A stretch of 63,070 nucleotides of DNA, the filler included, from Chthonomonadaceae bacterium (lineage in GTDB: Bacteria > Armatimonadota > Chthonomonadetes > Chthonomonadales > Chthonomonadaceae): assembly GCA_035650735.1 (NCBI GenBank). It is 3 parts of 3 records of this genome, joined end to end, with 100 filler letters (N's around TTAATTAATTAA, not from the genome) between each part and the next. Parts side by side here need not be neighbours in the genome. Positions count along the whole stretch, not along the records: positions 1 to 29,451 come from DASRGZ010000105.1; 2 more parts are not named here. One strand, written 5' to 3'. Below are positions 15,877 through 25,057 of this stretch, piece by piece. The position numbers were made by a program, and so were the translations under genes. Numbering within the stretch: the first letter of the stretch is position 1; each line of letters starts with the position of its first letter. Below the pieces are notes generated by a model, which did no database searches, was not told where the DNA came from, and saw nothing but the letters and a program-made list of their open reading frames with translations.

Positions 15877-18800
15877 TCAGGCGGCATCATCCAGGCTTTG
15901 AAGAGGGGAATCAGGCTCGGACGTGGAGGCCGAGAGCGCGTCCGTCCGCAGCCCCTCGGGGCCGTCTGCGGCCTGCACCGATTCCGGCGCATAAGGACGG
16001 ACGCGCAGGGAGCGCAGTGCCGCCGCGCGCACGAGCGGGCAGGGATCGGCGGCGCGGGCGGCGACGGCAGCGCGAGCCTGCGGTGTCTCGCCCAGGCAGA
16101 GCGAATGCAACAGCATCAGACGGATGGAGGCGGGCGTCTTGTCGCTCCAGAAGGCCAGCTCCTCCTGATAAGAGCGGTTTTCGGGGCGGTGCGCCAGCCC
16201 CGCCAGCAGCTGGCCCAGGCCGTCCTCGGCGTGCAGGGCGACCTGCACGGCGTCGTAGACCTCCGGACGGGCGTAGACCCGGGCCAGCGGCTCCATCTCC
16301 GGCATCTGCGCCAGCAGGGCGCTGCTCATCTCGCCGGTAGCGGCGGCATGGAAGACGGCGGCCACCTGCTCCTGCGAGTAGGTGGAGAAGCCCAGGCGCA
16401 GCGAGAAGATCTGCGCCGCGGCCAGCAGCGCATCGGGAGGCGCTGTGGTTATGTCCCAGCGGTGCGTTCGCGCCAGATTGAGGGCGCCGACAGCCAGGCT
16501 GTCTCCGGCTTCGGCCAGCTGTTTGATCTGGCGCTCCTCCCCTTCGCCCCAGATCAGCCACTGCAAGATGGTGGCGCGCGTGCGCTCCGGCGCGTCCAGT
16601 TTCCCCTTATGGGCATCCAGAGCGGCGCGCACGGCAGCCGGATCGCACGCGAGCAGCGCCTGCAAGGCCGGATAGGCGTGTCCGCGCAGCAGCGTCTCGA
16701 CCAGGCGCTCGATGGCCCAGGGGGTGGAGGAGCCCTGCAGCACGGAGGTCATCACCTGGTCGCGCTGATTGGCGGGCAGGCGCTCTAGATACGTCGCGGC
16801 GACCTCCGGCTCAAGCGCCCGGTGCGCGCCGAGAATACAGGCGATTTGCGCGGTAATCTGCAGGAAACGCTGACGGGCCGCCGCATCGCGTTCGGCAGGG
16901 GGCTGGGCGGCAAGCGCCCGATGTAGCGCCTGCCGGGTTTCCTCACGCAGCCGCGGCAGAGAGGCGAGGGTGTGCGCGGCGGCAGATGAGCCATTGCGCA
17001 GAAGCTTCTGTACCCAGAGCGCTTCATGCCGGTCGCCTCCTGCTTCGGCCAGAAGCTGTACGGCATCGGCCTGCACTTCCGCAGGCGTCTGCTCATCCTC
17101 CAGCAGGGCCAGCAGCGTCTCTTCGGCACGCCGGGGCGCGTGGGATAGGAGCAGACTGGCGGCGGCAGCGCGCAGTTTGGCATTGGCAGAGGAAAGCAGC
17201 GCGGCGATCTTTTCCGCGCCGATGTGGGGCTCGGCATCCAGCAGGGCGCGCGCCTGGCGGCGGACGGCAGGCTCCAGCAGGCGGTGCGTCTCCAGGATGC
17301 CTTCGAGCCACTCCCGCCCGGAACGGCGCGCGATGGGCGGAGCGTTAAAGGTGAAGGGCGGCGCGGCAGGCGCCGCCTTGCCGTTTTCCGTCTCTGCCGC
17401 CTCTGGCACGGCTTCGGCGACAGGCCGCGCGTCCGCTTGCGGCTTTCTGGAAGGCCGGCCTAGCAGCCCGGCAAGAGAGCGAGTCGATTTATTCATAGCT
17501 TGATTCCCAGCGTACAGCCGCCGCAGCAGCCACCACGCCAATAACACAAACAGCGCCAGCAATGGCAGCCACCACAGCCAGGCGAAGGGCAAGGGAGGCG
17601 GCCACGGCGTGACCGGGTGAAACCGGGCGGCCCCTTCCGGCGAAAACGGACGATGGCTGCGCGCCTTCTCCTCTGGATAAGGTGCGGTGGTATTTGACCT
17701 AACCCCCCGACCCTCTTCCCTACCCGCTCGTCCCTCGCTAGGGAAGGGGGTGCCCCGGCCTGGGATAGTTGCGGCCCTCACCCCCGGCCCCTTGCGTAGG
17801 ATGTAGGGTGTAGGGTGTAGGGTGTAGGGTCGCCCTGCGGCGAATGCCCTCCCCCCCACCCCCTCTCCTTGAGAAGGAGAGGAGAGCAGCCCCACTCCCA
17901 GGCTCTTCCGTTCTGCCTTCTCTCCCCTCCTCCCCGGCCCTTCTCCCTGCAAGGCAGAAGGGAGAACGGATACTCCCTTGCTCAAGGGAGAAGGGGGAGC
18001 AGAAGCCCTCGCCCCCGGCCCACTGCCAGGGTCGGCGCTCAACGGACTGCAAGGGACGCCGCTCAACGGTTCGCGGCTCTGCCTTGCGACACCCCTCCGC
18101 CTGGCGCCCCCCGGCGCTGCGGCAGAGGGGAGAGACCTCACCCCTGGCCCCTCTCTTTGTGAAGGAGAGGGGAGAGCAGAAGCCTGCATTGCCTCTGCCT
18201 GCGCAGGCAGGCAGAGGGCCGCAGGCCCCACAGCGGCAGGGTTTAGCCTGCCGGAAGAGGGGGCAGGAGGCGAAGCCGGTTCCCTCCTGTTCTGATTACC
18301 CGCCGTGCGCCGCTCAAGGCAGGAGAAGCCGTAGCGCAGCAGGGCAGCGGTCTCTGCCCGCCAGTCCGGGCTGTTGAGAACGACGGTTATGATGCGCCGC
18401 CCGCCCCGCCGCGCTGCGCCAACAAAGCAGTAGCCTGCCGCACGGGTCCAGCCCGTCTTGATGCCCTCCGCGCCGGGAAACGTCCAGAGCAGCGTATCTT
18501 GATTAGTAAGCACGGTGGGCGGCTGCCCATCCCTGTGGGAAATGCGATAGGTGCGCATGCGCGCCGCCGCAGCAAAGAGGGGATTTTGCATGGCGTGGCG
18601 GGCGAGGGTGGCCAGATCGCGGGCTGTGGAGTAGTGATCGGGATGGTCGAGGCCGTGCGGATTGACGAAATGGGTATTGAGTGCCCCCATCTGCCGCGCG
18701 GCGGCATTCATCTGGGCGACGAATCGCTCCGTCGTGCCGGAAATATGCTCGGCAGCAGCTACGCTGGCATCGTTGGCGCTGACGAGCAGGATGGCGTGCA

Positions 18801-19149
18801 GCAGGTCGCGGGCGGCAAACGTCTCGCCGTGCCTCATACCCAGCGCATTGCCGGGCGTCGCGGCGGCAGCGGGCGAGACGGGGATGTGCTGCTGGGGCGG
18901 AACGTTGCGGGCCAGGAGCAGTGCCGTCAGGATCTTGGTCGTGCTGGCTGGCGGCAGGCGCTTATCGGGCTGCTTGGCGAAAAGCACCGCGCCGGTCTGC
19001 GCCTCTACGACGATGGCCGCTCTGGCGCGAATGGACGGCGGCTGGGGAGCGCGGGAAGGCGCGTTGGCAGGCGTGCCCTGCGCCATCGCCGCGCACAGGC
19101 TCGCCAGCAGCCATGCCCCAACTATGCCTATCCTTAGACCGCCACGCAC
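15877..19149 (-). CDS. D-alanyl-D-alanine carboxypeptidase (peptidase S11) joined via a repeat-derived linker and TM helix to a C-terminal HEAT-like helical domain
   Basis: Signal peptide and catalytic motifs SxxK (ASTTK), SxN (SAN), KTG. Also FVNPHGL. Uninterrupted frame through repeat DNA 17697-18253, TM helix FAWLWWLPLLALFVLLAWWLL, Ala/Leu-rich HEAT-like C-half. The C-half may alternatively start at ATG 17496. Confidence 0.75.
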   Translation of the reverse strand: MRGGLRIGIVGAWLLASLCAAMAQGTPANAPSRAPQPPSIRARAAIVVEAQTGAVLFAKQPDKRLPPASTTKILTALLLARNVPPQQHIPVSPAAAATPGNALGMRHGETFAARDLLHAILLVSANDASVAAAEHISGTTERFVAQMNAAARQMGALNTHFVNPHGLDHPDHYSTARDLATLARHAMQNPLFAAAARMRTYRISHRDGQPPTVLTNQDTLLWTFPGAEGIKTGWTRAAGYCFVGAARRGGRRIITVVLNSPDWRAETAALLRYGFSCLERRTAGNQNRREPASPPAPSSGRLNPAAVGPAALCLPAQAEAMQASALPSPSQREGPGVRSLPSAAAPGGARRRGVARQSREPLSGVPCSPLSADPGSGPGARASAPPSPLSKGVSVLPSALQGEGPGRRGEKAERKSLGVGLLSSPSQGEGVGGRAFAAGRPYTLHPTPYILRKGPGVRAATIPGRGTPFPSEGRAGREEGRGVRSNTTAPYPEEKARSHRPFSPEGAARFHPVTPWPPPLPFAWLWWLPLLALFVLLAWWLLRRLYAGNQAMNKSTRSLAGLLGRPSRKPQADARPVAEAVPEAAETENGKAAPAAPPFTFNAPPIARRSGREWLEGILETHRLLEPAVRRQARALLDAEPHIGAEKIAALLSSANAKLRAAAASLLLSHAPRRAEETLLALLEDEQTPAEVQADAVQLLAEAGGDRHEALWVQKLLRNGSSAAAHTLASLPRLREETRQALHRALAAQPPAERDAAARQRFLQITAQIACILGAHRALEPEVAATYLERLPANQRDQVMTSVLQGSSTPWAIERLVETLLRGHAYPALQALLACDPAAVRAALDAHKGKLDAPERTRATILQWLIWGEGEERQIKQLAEAGDSLAVGALNLARTHRWDITTAPPDALLAAAQIFSLRLGFSTYSQEQVAAVFHAAATGEMSSALLAQMPEMEPLARVYARPEVYDAVQVALHAEDGLGQLLAGLAHRPENRSYQEELAFWSDKTPASIRLMLLHSLCLGETPQARAAVAARAADPCPLVRAAALRSLRVRPYAPESVQAADGPEGLRTDALSASTSEPDSPLQSLDDAA
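17697..18253. repeat. Mosaic palindromic repeat element (copy B), inside the carboxypeptidase ORF
   Basis: GCCCCACAGCGGCAGGGTTTAGCCTGCCG at 18225-18253 is identical to the copy A arm. Also ACTGCCAGGGTCGG, CCTCACCCCCGGCCCC and CCCCTCTCC..GGAGAGG modules, and GTAGGGT heptamers at 17796-17830. Confidence 0.85.
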
Positions 19150-19417
19150 ATCCCACCCCTAAACGCGACTCCCTATAATGGGTAGCAGAATTATCGGTTG
19201 CAGGGCCGTCTCTCTGGCGAGCAATGTGAAACTTCGGCGCTTGAGAGCGTGCATGGTACCTGCTGGCAGACATCCCGGCTTGTGTAATGGTCTTGTAATC
19301 GGCAGGTAATGTTGTCTGCGTAAAATGGGGATGCTGAAGCGGCTCCCTCGTTGATCGGGAAGTCCGAACAGGCGCTACGTAGATCAAAAGGCTGCGTGTG
19401 AGGCAGCAAGCGGAGAA

Positions 19418-19753
19418 TTGACCTTGACCCCTTTCCCCTATGACAGATATAGGTATCGTTTTTGGCTCGACCACAAGCTGCGGGCACAGGCACGCCGGGC
19501 GACTCAGCGCCGGCTTATGTTCCTGGTTGTGGCCGTTATTCTGCTTATCGTCCTGGCCGACACCCTCGCGCTGCACCAGACCCTGCAACCCCTACACTCA
19601 TCCCCGTGCGGAGTCCCCCTGGAGTGTGGCCCTGCGATTCCCCGCCGATATGGGCCTACACTCATCCCCGTGCGGAGTCCCCTGGCGGGTTCTTCCTGCC
19701 GAGAAACGACGAACAAACGCTGTGTGGCTGCTTTGCCGCACCACCGGAGGTAA
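19418..19753 (+). CDS. Small putative membrane protein with an internal tandem duplication (possibly frameshifted)
   Basis: TTG after GGAG, TM segment LMFLVVAVILLIVLA, 28-bp direct repeat at 19591 and 19655. Confidence 0.35.
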   Translation: MTLTPFPYDRYRYRFWLDHKLRAQARRATQRRLMFLVVAVILLIVLADTLALHQTLQPLHSSPCGVPLECGPAIPRRYGPTLIPVRSPLAGSSCRETTNKRCVAALPHHRR

Positions 19754-19756
19754 CGA

Positions 19757-20137
19757 ATGTCCCCCTTCCCCCAGCCGTTCCCAGGAGAAGGGAATGCGGA
19801 TAGGCATCCTGACTCTGCTGATACCTATGGAGGCGAACAGCAGCTTTGGGAAATAGACCTAGCTCCCCTGCTTCAGATTACCAGCCGGGATTATCGGGCT
19901 TACATGATCCGTCTGGAAGTGGGTCAGGAGCGCATGAGCGTGGATGAGCTGGTTCTGCGTATCCTGATGCGCCTAGAAGTGGAAGCCCAGCGCGCTGCAT
20001 TGGGCATGGAGGAAGCGTTTACCCCCCTCTACGACCTGGCAGACCTGCCGATTACACGGGAGGAATACTTTCAGGTAGCCGAGATAGTGCGGGAACGATT
20101 GCCGAAGCGGAGGTGGCCGAGGAATCAGACAGAGTAG
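19757..20137 (+). CDS. Hypothetical protein (126 aa)
   Basis: GGAGG RBS before ATG and globular acidic/helical composition. No family recognised. Confidence 0.55.
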   Translation: MSPFPQPFPGEGNADRHPDSADTYGGEQQLWEIDLAPLLQITSRDYRAYMIRLEVGQERMSVDELVLRILMRLEVEAQRAALGMEEAFTPLYDLADLPITREEYFQVAEIVRERLPKRRWPRNQTE

Positions 20138-20397
20138 GGCAGACCGCACCGCAGAGCATAGTGAGGACAGAGAATCACATAGCGGACTTTGTTCTGTGCC
20201 AGATCACAGGTCTGGGTTATCACAACGACGTCCATCTGGGTGACTTCAACCGCCTCATTCAGACGAAGCAAGGCCTCTGTGTTACCATGTATGCTGACCG
20301 GGCCTTCTCGCCAACTTACGACCGGGCAGTCGACGATGAGGTCCCCTTGATCCAGAGGCGCCTGCGCAGGAACCAACGCATACCAGGGTTGATTCAC
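20125..20397 (-). pseudogene. Probably truncated member of the 'QGD..VVxxQxCDL' (PemK/MazF-fold-like) hypothetical family
   Basis: MNQPWY..LDQGDLIVDCP..VVVITQTCDLAQNKVRYVILCP, then ends at about 90 aa in overlap with the convergent gene. Confidence 0.45.
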
Positions 20398-20602
20398 TCC
20401 GATTCCTCCGGTTCCTTCTCTAGAAGGATATGCGGTTTGCGTTTAGGAAGGGCAGAGAGATTAACCTCTATGTCCATCAGCGCCACTTGTTTTTGGGAAG
20501 ACGCAAATTGACTATGGTTTCCTTGGGATAATCTTCCAAAGGGGACGACTCTTCCGTCGTAACCTCCGCTTTGATCTGCCGCTCTGTCGTTTGCGGTTCC
20601 AT
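20394..20602 (-). pseudogene. Small frameshifted gene translationally coupled to the downstream ORF
   Basis: ATG 20602 with GAGG RBS stops at 20477. One extra A in the A5 tract (~20490-20494) would give a 69-aa protein ending LPKRKPHILLEKEPEESE*, whose stop overlaps the next start (GTGA). Confidence 0.4.
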
Positions 20603-20689
20603 AGAAACCTCTCTTGAACCTGATTGTTTGCCTTATACTATGCTGGGAAACCGAGGAACGAATGGAAAGCGTTGCCCGTCAGCATGGCA

Positions 20690-21382
20690 TCACAGCAGGC
20701 CTCTCTCTTTGAGGCTGACCCAGCGGTTGTCGCCGATGATGATATGGTCGAGCAGGTCAATACCGACGATTTGGCCGGCCTCTGCAAGCCGTTGCGTGAC
20801 CCGCTTATCCTCGGCGCTGGGCGTCGGGTCGCCGCTCGGATGGTTGTGGGCGACGATGAGCGACGCGGCGGAGGCCAGGATAGCATCTTTATAGACCTCG
20901 CGCGGATGCACTAGGCTGCTGTCCAGAGTGCCTACCGAAACGGTTACGATTTTCAGCACCTGGTTTTTTGTGTCGAGCAGAATGGCCTTAAAGTGCTCCT
21001 TCTTCACGTCGCGCAGTTCGGGCAGCAACAAGTTGGCTACGTCTTGGGGGGAGTGAATAACCGGCTTTGCCTCCTCGCTCAAAGCCGCCAGCCGTTTGCC
21101 CAGCTCAAAGGCGGCGGCTATCTCGACGGCCTTGACCGGCCCGATCCCCTTGACGCGGCTCAATTGCTCGATGGAAGCGTTGGCTATGCCGCGCAGCCCT
21201 TCAAAGTGGCTGAGCAGCAGTTCTGCCAAGCCCAGCGCAGAGCGTTCCTGGGTGCCGATTCGCAGTTGAATGGCAAGCAGTTCCGCTGTGGACAGCACGG
21301 AGGCACCATAGTGTTGCAGGCGTTCGCGGGGACGCTCGTTGCAGGGCAGTTCGCGGATGGCGACGGTATAGCGTTCGGGCAT
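20690..21382 (-). CDS. radC: RadC family JAB-domain protein
   Basis: ERPRERL..LSTAELLAI, HhH GIGPVKA, VHPREV, AHNHPSGDPTPSAED, LLDHIII. Confidence 0.95.
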   Translation of the reverse strand: MPERYTVAIRELPCNERPRERLQHYGASVLSTAELLAIQLRIGTQERSALGLAELLLSHFEGLRGIANASIEQLSRVKGIGPVKAVEIAAAFELGKRLAALSEEAKPVIHSPQDVANLLLPELRDVKKEHFKAILLDTKNQVLKIVTVSVGTLDSSLVHPREVYKDAILASAASLIVAHNHPSGDPTPSAEDKRVTQRLAEAGQIVGIDLLDHIIIGDNRWVSLKERGLL

Positions 21383-21558
21383 CTAGGGCTTCTCCAGGAC
21401 GCAGGTTAGCAGCTTGGTCTGCTCAAAACTTCGCTAGCTTGCTTCGCTTTTCCTGCTGAGTAAGAGACACGGTGAGCATCTTGTTGCCGCCCTTCTTGCT
21501 TAAGCTAATCGCGCTACAGTCGGAGGACAGCAGGGTGCGCGCACTGGCTACGGTGGAC

Positions 21559-22764
21559 TCAGTTCGGGCGCTTTTGTACTCTATTGCGGATTTCCCTCCT
21601 AAACCGGAGTCCAGACCGTATGATAGCGCAGATAGCGCTGATCTCTGCCGGCCCAATGCTGGTGCCTGTCGGGAGCAGCAAGACACGAGGGACGAGCCTC
21701 TCTGTCTCCGGCAACATCAGGCCCGCATGGGGAAAGTAGGAGCGGTAGGGTTCCATACGGTGGCAGCCAGGAAAGAAATAGCGGCGTGCCAGGATGTTCT
21801 CCGCGCGCAAGACTTGCAGCAGCGTATCCCGATCTATGCCGGCCTCCGCTTCCTCTACTTCCAGCACGATATACTGGTAGTTACACGGCTCCTGCTCGTC
21901 GTAAGTCATGCAATAGATGCCAGGCAAGCCTTTGAGTTCCTGCTGGTATTGTTTGTAGTTCCTATAGTTGATAGAGATGAACTCCTCCAGGCACTCCAGC
22001 CCGGTCAGGCCCATCGCGGCGGACGCTTCCGACATCTTGCCGTTGGTGCCGATATAGATAACCTTGTCCTGTCCAGCGAAGCCAAAGTTTTTCATCAGGC
22101 GCATCTTGGCGGCCAGCTCGTCATTATTGGTCACAACCGCCCCACCCTCGAATGTGTTGAGGAATTTTGTGGCATGAAAACTGAACACCTCCGCATCGCC
22201 GAAGCTGCCGATCATGCGCCCTTTATAGGAGCACCCGAACGCATGCGCGGCGTCAAAGAGCAGCGCGAGGTTGCGTCGGCGCGCGATCTGTTCTAACGTC
22301 TCTATGTCGCAGGCGCGGCCCCAGAGGTGCACGCCGATAATCCCGGTGGTGCGCGGCGTGATCATCTGCTCCACCCGGCAGGGATCGATAGTATGCGTCT
22401 GCGGGTCTATATCGCAGAAGACGGGGGTAATCTCCTGCCACTGCAAGGCGTGCGCCGTTGCGATAAAGGTAAAGGCGGGCACAATCACCTCGCCGGTCAG
22501 CCCGGCAGCGCGAATGGCGATCTCCAGAGCGACGGTGGCGTTGCACATGGCGATGCAATGCCTGGCCCCCACCAGATCGGCGATGCGCCTTTCAAACTCC
22601 CGCACATACGGGCCGTTGTTCGTGAGCCACTTCCGCTCGAGCATATCCTCTATGCGCTGGAGCAGACGCTCGCGGTTGCCGATATTAGGGCGGCCTACGT
22701 GCAGCGGCTCCGCAAACGCCGGAGCGCCGCCGAAAAGCGCCAGATCCTGAATGTCCTCTTTCAC
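21559..22764 (-). CDS. DegT/DnrJ/EryC1/StrS PLP-dependent sugar aminotransferase (DesI/VioA-like 4-aminotransferase)
   Basis: WLTNNGP, FTFIATAHA, FDAAHAFG, FSFHATK (PLP Lys), GTNGKMSE. GTG 22764 with GGAGG. Confidence 0.92.
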   Translation of the reverse strand: MKEDIQDLALFGGAPAFAEPLHVGRPNIGNRERLLQRIEDMLERKWLTNNGPYVREFERRIADLVGARHCIAMCNATVALEIAIRAAGLTGEVIVPAFTFIATAHALQWQEITPVFCDIDPQTHTIDPCRVEQMITPRTTGIIGVHLWGRACDIETLEQIARRRNLALLFDAAHAFGCSYKGRMIGSFGDAEVFSFHATKFLNTFEGGAVVTNNDELAAKMRLMKNFGFAGQDKVIYIGTNGKMSEASAAMGLTGLECLEEFISINYRNYKQYQQELKGLPGIYCMTYDEQEPCNYQYIVLEVEEAEAGIDRDTLLQVLRAENILARRYFFPGCHRMEPYRSYFPHAGLMLPETERLVPRVLLLPTGTSIGPAEISAICAIIRSGLRFRREIRNRVQKRPN

Positions 22765-22789
22765 CACAGTCCTCCCTACGCGGCCTCTC

Positions 22790-23006
22790 ACCTAACCCCC
22801 CATCCCCCTTCCCTCTTAGGGAAGGGGGTGACCCGGCTTGTGTTCTCCCCTCTGCCGCAGCGCCGGGGGTCGCCAGGCGGAGGGCTGTCGCAAGGCGGAG
22901 GCAAGGGCCGTAACTCCGGCGACCCTAGCAGTGGGCTGAACCATGGCAGGCCCGACCCTGGCAGTCCGTTGAGCGCCGACCCTGGCAGTGGGTTGGGGGT
23001 GAGGGC
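22790..23006. repeat. Mosaic palindromic repeat element (copy C)
   Basis: CCTAACCCCC..CCCCTTCCC..GGGAAGGGG, GTCGCAAGGCGGAGGCAAGGGCCGTAAC, and three CGACCCT(G/A)GCAGT modules. Confidence 0.8.
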
Positions 23007-23011
23007 GATTT

Positions 23012-25051
23012 TCACCGCAGATGGAACGAATGCACGAACTTGAGTGTGAACCGGTCCGGGCTGTCCGGCTCCGTATCGTAGACGGCAAAGATATCGAACC
23101 CCCGGCGCACCTGGCGGCGGTAGGCGATGCGGTAGGCGTTCCCGCCTGACTGTACCCAGCGCAGTGCCAGCGATTGCTCGGCGCTCATCTCCCAGACAAA
23201 CCAGAGCACCTGCTGAGTCGTCACGCCGAAGGAGTCGGCGCGCTCGTAGCTGTAGCTGATATAGGTCTGGCGGCTTGGCTTGAACCAGATATTGGGAGCC
23301 AGGTCGGAATAGGGGCCGCCTCCCAGGTTGCCCCAGGAATAAGAGATTCCGTAGCCGCGCCGGTCGCTGCGCGTATCGAAATAGATCGAGGCCGTATAGT
23401 ATCGATCGTAGTTGACATCGGAGGACCAGTCCCCCGCCTTCTTGTCCCAGGGGCGATAGGGCCCTTGCGTCATTCCCAGGCTGAACTGAAGGTTTGAGCG
23501 CGTCTCAAAGCCTCCATAGAGCGATAGGCTGCGCGTCTGAAGCAGTCCGCTCAGGGTATTGCGCCCGGCAAACGACAGGCTGGCGTTGGCGCGGCGGAAG
23601 GGGCCGTTGGCAAACTCGCGGCCATAGTTAAAGAAGGCGTAGCCTCCGAGCGTTCCGATGCTATCCTGCGCGATGAACCCATCGGCGGGGAAAAAGCCGG
23701 GCTCGGTGCGCTGTACCGCCACTCCCGTCTGCCAGTAGGGAGTCTCGTAGCCGAGGGAGAGATTCGTGCTCAGCCCGTTTCCGAAACGCCCCCGCGTGGT
23801 GGTAGCCGCCAGCCCGGCATTGAAGACGAGGCTGCGCCGGAAGCGGCCTCCGACGTCGAACGCCAGCAGTTGGTTGCTCAGGTCAGGGCGATCCGTGCCG
23901 ACAAAGGTGAGCGAGGCGTTAGCGGTCGGGCCAAGCTCGCGCAGGAAGCGGGCGATGTAGTCCCGGCGACCATCCGGAGCCTGGACGCCGAGCAAGCCCA
24001 TTTGCAACGGGCCGACCTTGCCGAAGGACTTGAGGCCAACGTCGAAATTGGGCAGGCGCGGGGTGTAGAAATAGGTCGAGCCGCCGAAGAACCCGGAGCC
24101 CTCCTGAAAGAACGGGCGGTGGTCTGTGCGGAACTTTTCGTTGTAGTCGAAGGCCAGGCTCAGCACGTCCTCTTCGACCTGGCTGAAGTCGGGGTTGACC
24201 GAGACGACGCTGCTCAGGTTATTGGCAATGTCATAGCGCAGATCGAGGCCGGTAGTGGCAAACAGGTTCTGGATGCCGCCGCGCTTATCCAGGGTATTGT
24301 GCCCGGCGGTGGCGTACTGCATCAGGGTCAGCTTGTTGGAGGCGGCGGTTCTCGGTGGCGCAAGTCCTGTCAGGTGACCCATCTCTTCCGGCAGTCCCTG
24401 GGGCGTTATGTCGGCCCAGCGGCTCCACTCCTGCGTGCGGTGCTGGAAGCGGAGAAAATTCACCCCGAAGACGTCCGCGCCGCGCTGAAAATTGAGGATC
24501 GCGAACGGAATCCGTATCTCCGCCGTCCAGCCCTCCGGCGTGGTCTGCGCTGCCGCCTGCCAGTCCCCTTTCCACTCGATCTTGCGCGCTCGTCCGCCCG
24601 CGATTGCGTCCGCCTGCGTCCCGCGTGCATTGACCGCGTATTCGGAAATCTGGCGGTGATTATGGTAGGGGTCCAGCTCGACCACCACATGATCGTCGTT
24701 ATCTAAGCTGCCGTCCCGCATCCGCTGCTCGGCATGAATTTCGGCAGGCTTCGCGTCATGGCAGCGGAAGCCGAAGTAGAGCGCCTGCTTATCGGCCAGC
24801 ACCAGCACTTCCGTGGCTTCCGTCGGGGCGCGGTCGGATTCGGAGACCCAGAAATCGGTCGCCCGCGCGGCATATTTCCAGCCCGCATCGTCCAGGCTGC
24901 CATCTATCTTCGGCGGCGTTATCGTCCGGGGAACGGCCAGGGAGCGCGTATGGCCGGCAGGCGGGCGCGCGCCCTGCGCCCGCGCGGGCAGGGGCGGAAG
25001 CAGGAGCAGAAGGCCCAGTATCAGCAGGATGAGCAAGGGCAGAGGTCGCAT
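23012..25051 (-). CDS. CBM9-like sugar-binding domain plus DUF5916-like outer-membrane beta-barrel protein
   Basis: Signal peptide, PKIDGSLDD..W, GWTAEIRIPF, NPDFSQVE..RPFFQEG, aromatic beta-strand-rich C-terminus. Confidence 0.8.
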   Translation of the reverse strand: MRPLPLLILLILGLLLLLPPLPARAQGARPPAGHTRSLAVPRTITPPKIDGSLDDAGWKYAARATDFWVSESDRAPTEATEVLVLADKQALYFGFRCHDAKPAEIHAEQRMRDGSLDNDDHVVVELDPYHNHRQISEYAVNARGTQADAIAGGRARKIEWKGDWQAAAQTTPEGWTAEIRIPFAILNFQRGADVFGVNFLRFQHRTQEWSRWADITPQGLPEEMGHLTGLAPPRTAASNKLTLMQYATAGHNTLDKRGGIQNLFATTGLDLRYDIANNLSSVVSVNPDFSQVEEDVLSLAFDYNEKFRTDHRPFFQEGSGFFGGSTYFYTPRLPNFDVGLKSFGKVGPLQMGLLGVQAPDGRRDYIARFLRELGPTANASLTFVGTDRPDLSNQLLAFDVGGRFRRSLVFNAGLAATTTRGRFGNGLSTNLSLGYETPYWQTGVAVQRTEPGFFPADGFIAQDSIGTLGGYAFFNYGREFANGPFRRANASLSFAGRNTLSGLLQTRSLSLYGGFETRSNLQFSLGMTQGPYRPWDKKAGDWSSDVNYDRYYTASIYFDTRSDRRGYGISYSWGNLGGGPYSDLAPNIWFKPSRQTYISYSYERADSFGVTTQQVLWFVWEMSAEQSLALRWVQSGGNAYRIAYRRQVRRGFDIFAVYDTEPDSPDRFTLKFVHSFHLR

Positions 25052-25057
25052 GGCGAA

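Noticed and set aside
19330..19415. GGGAAGTCCG as a cobalamin riboswitch or RNase P fragment
   Set aside because: Remaining conserved elements are absent
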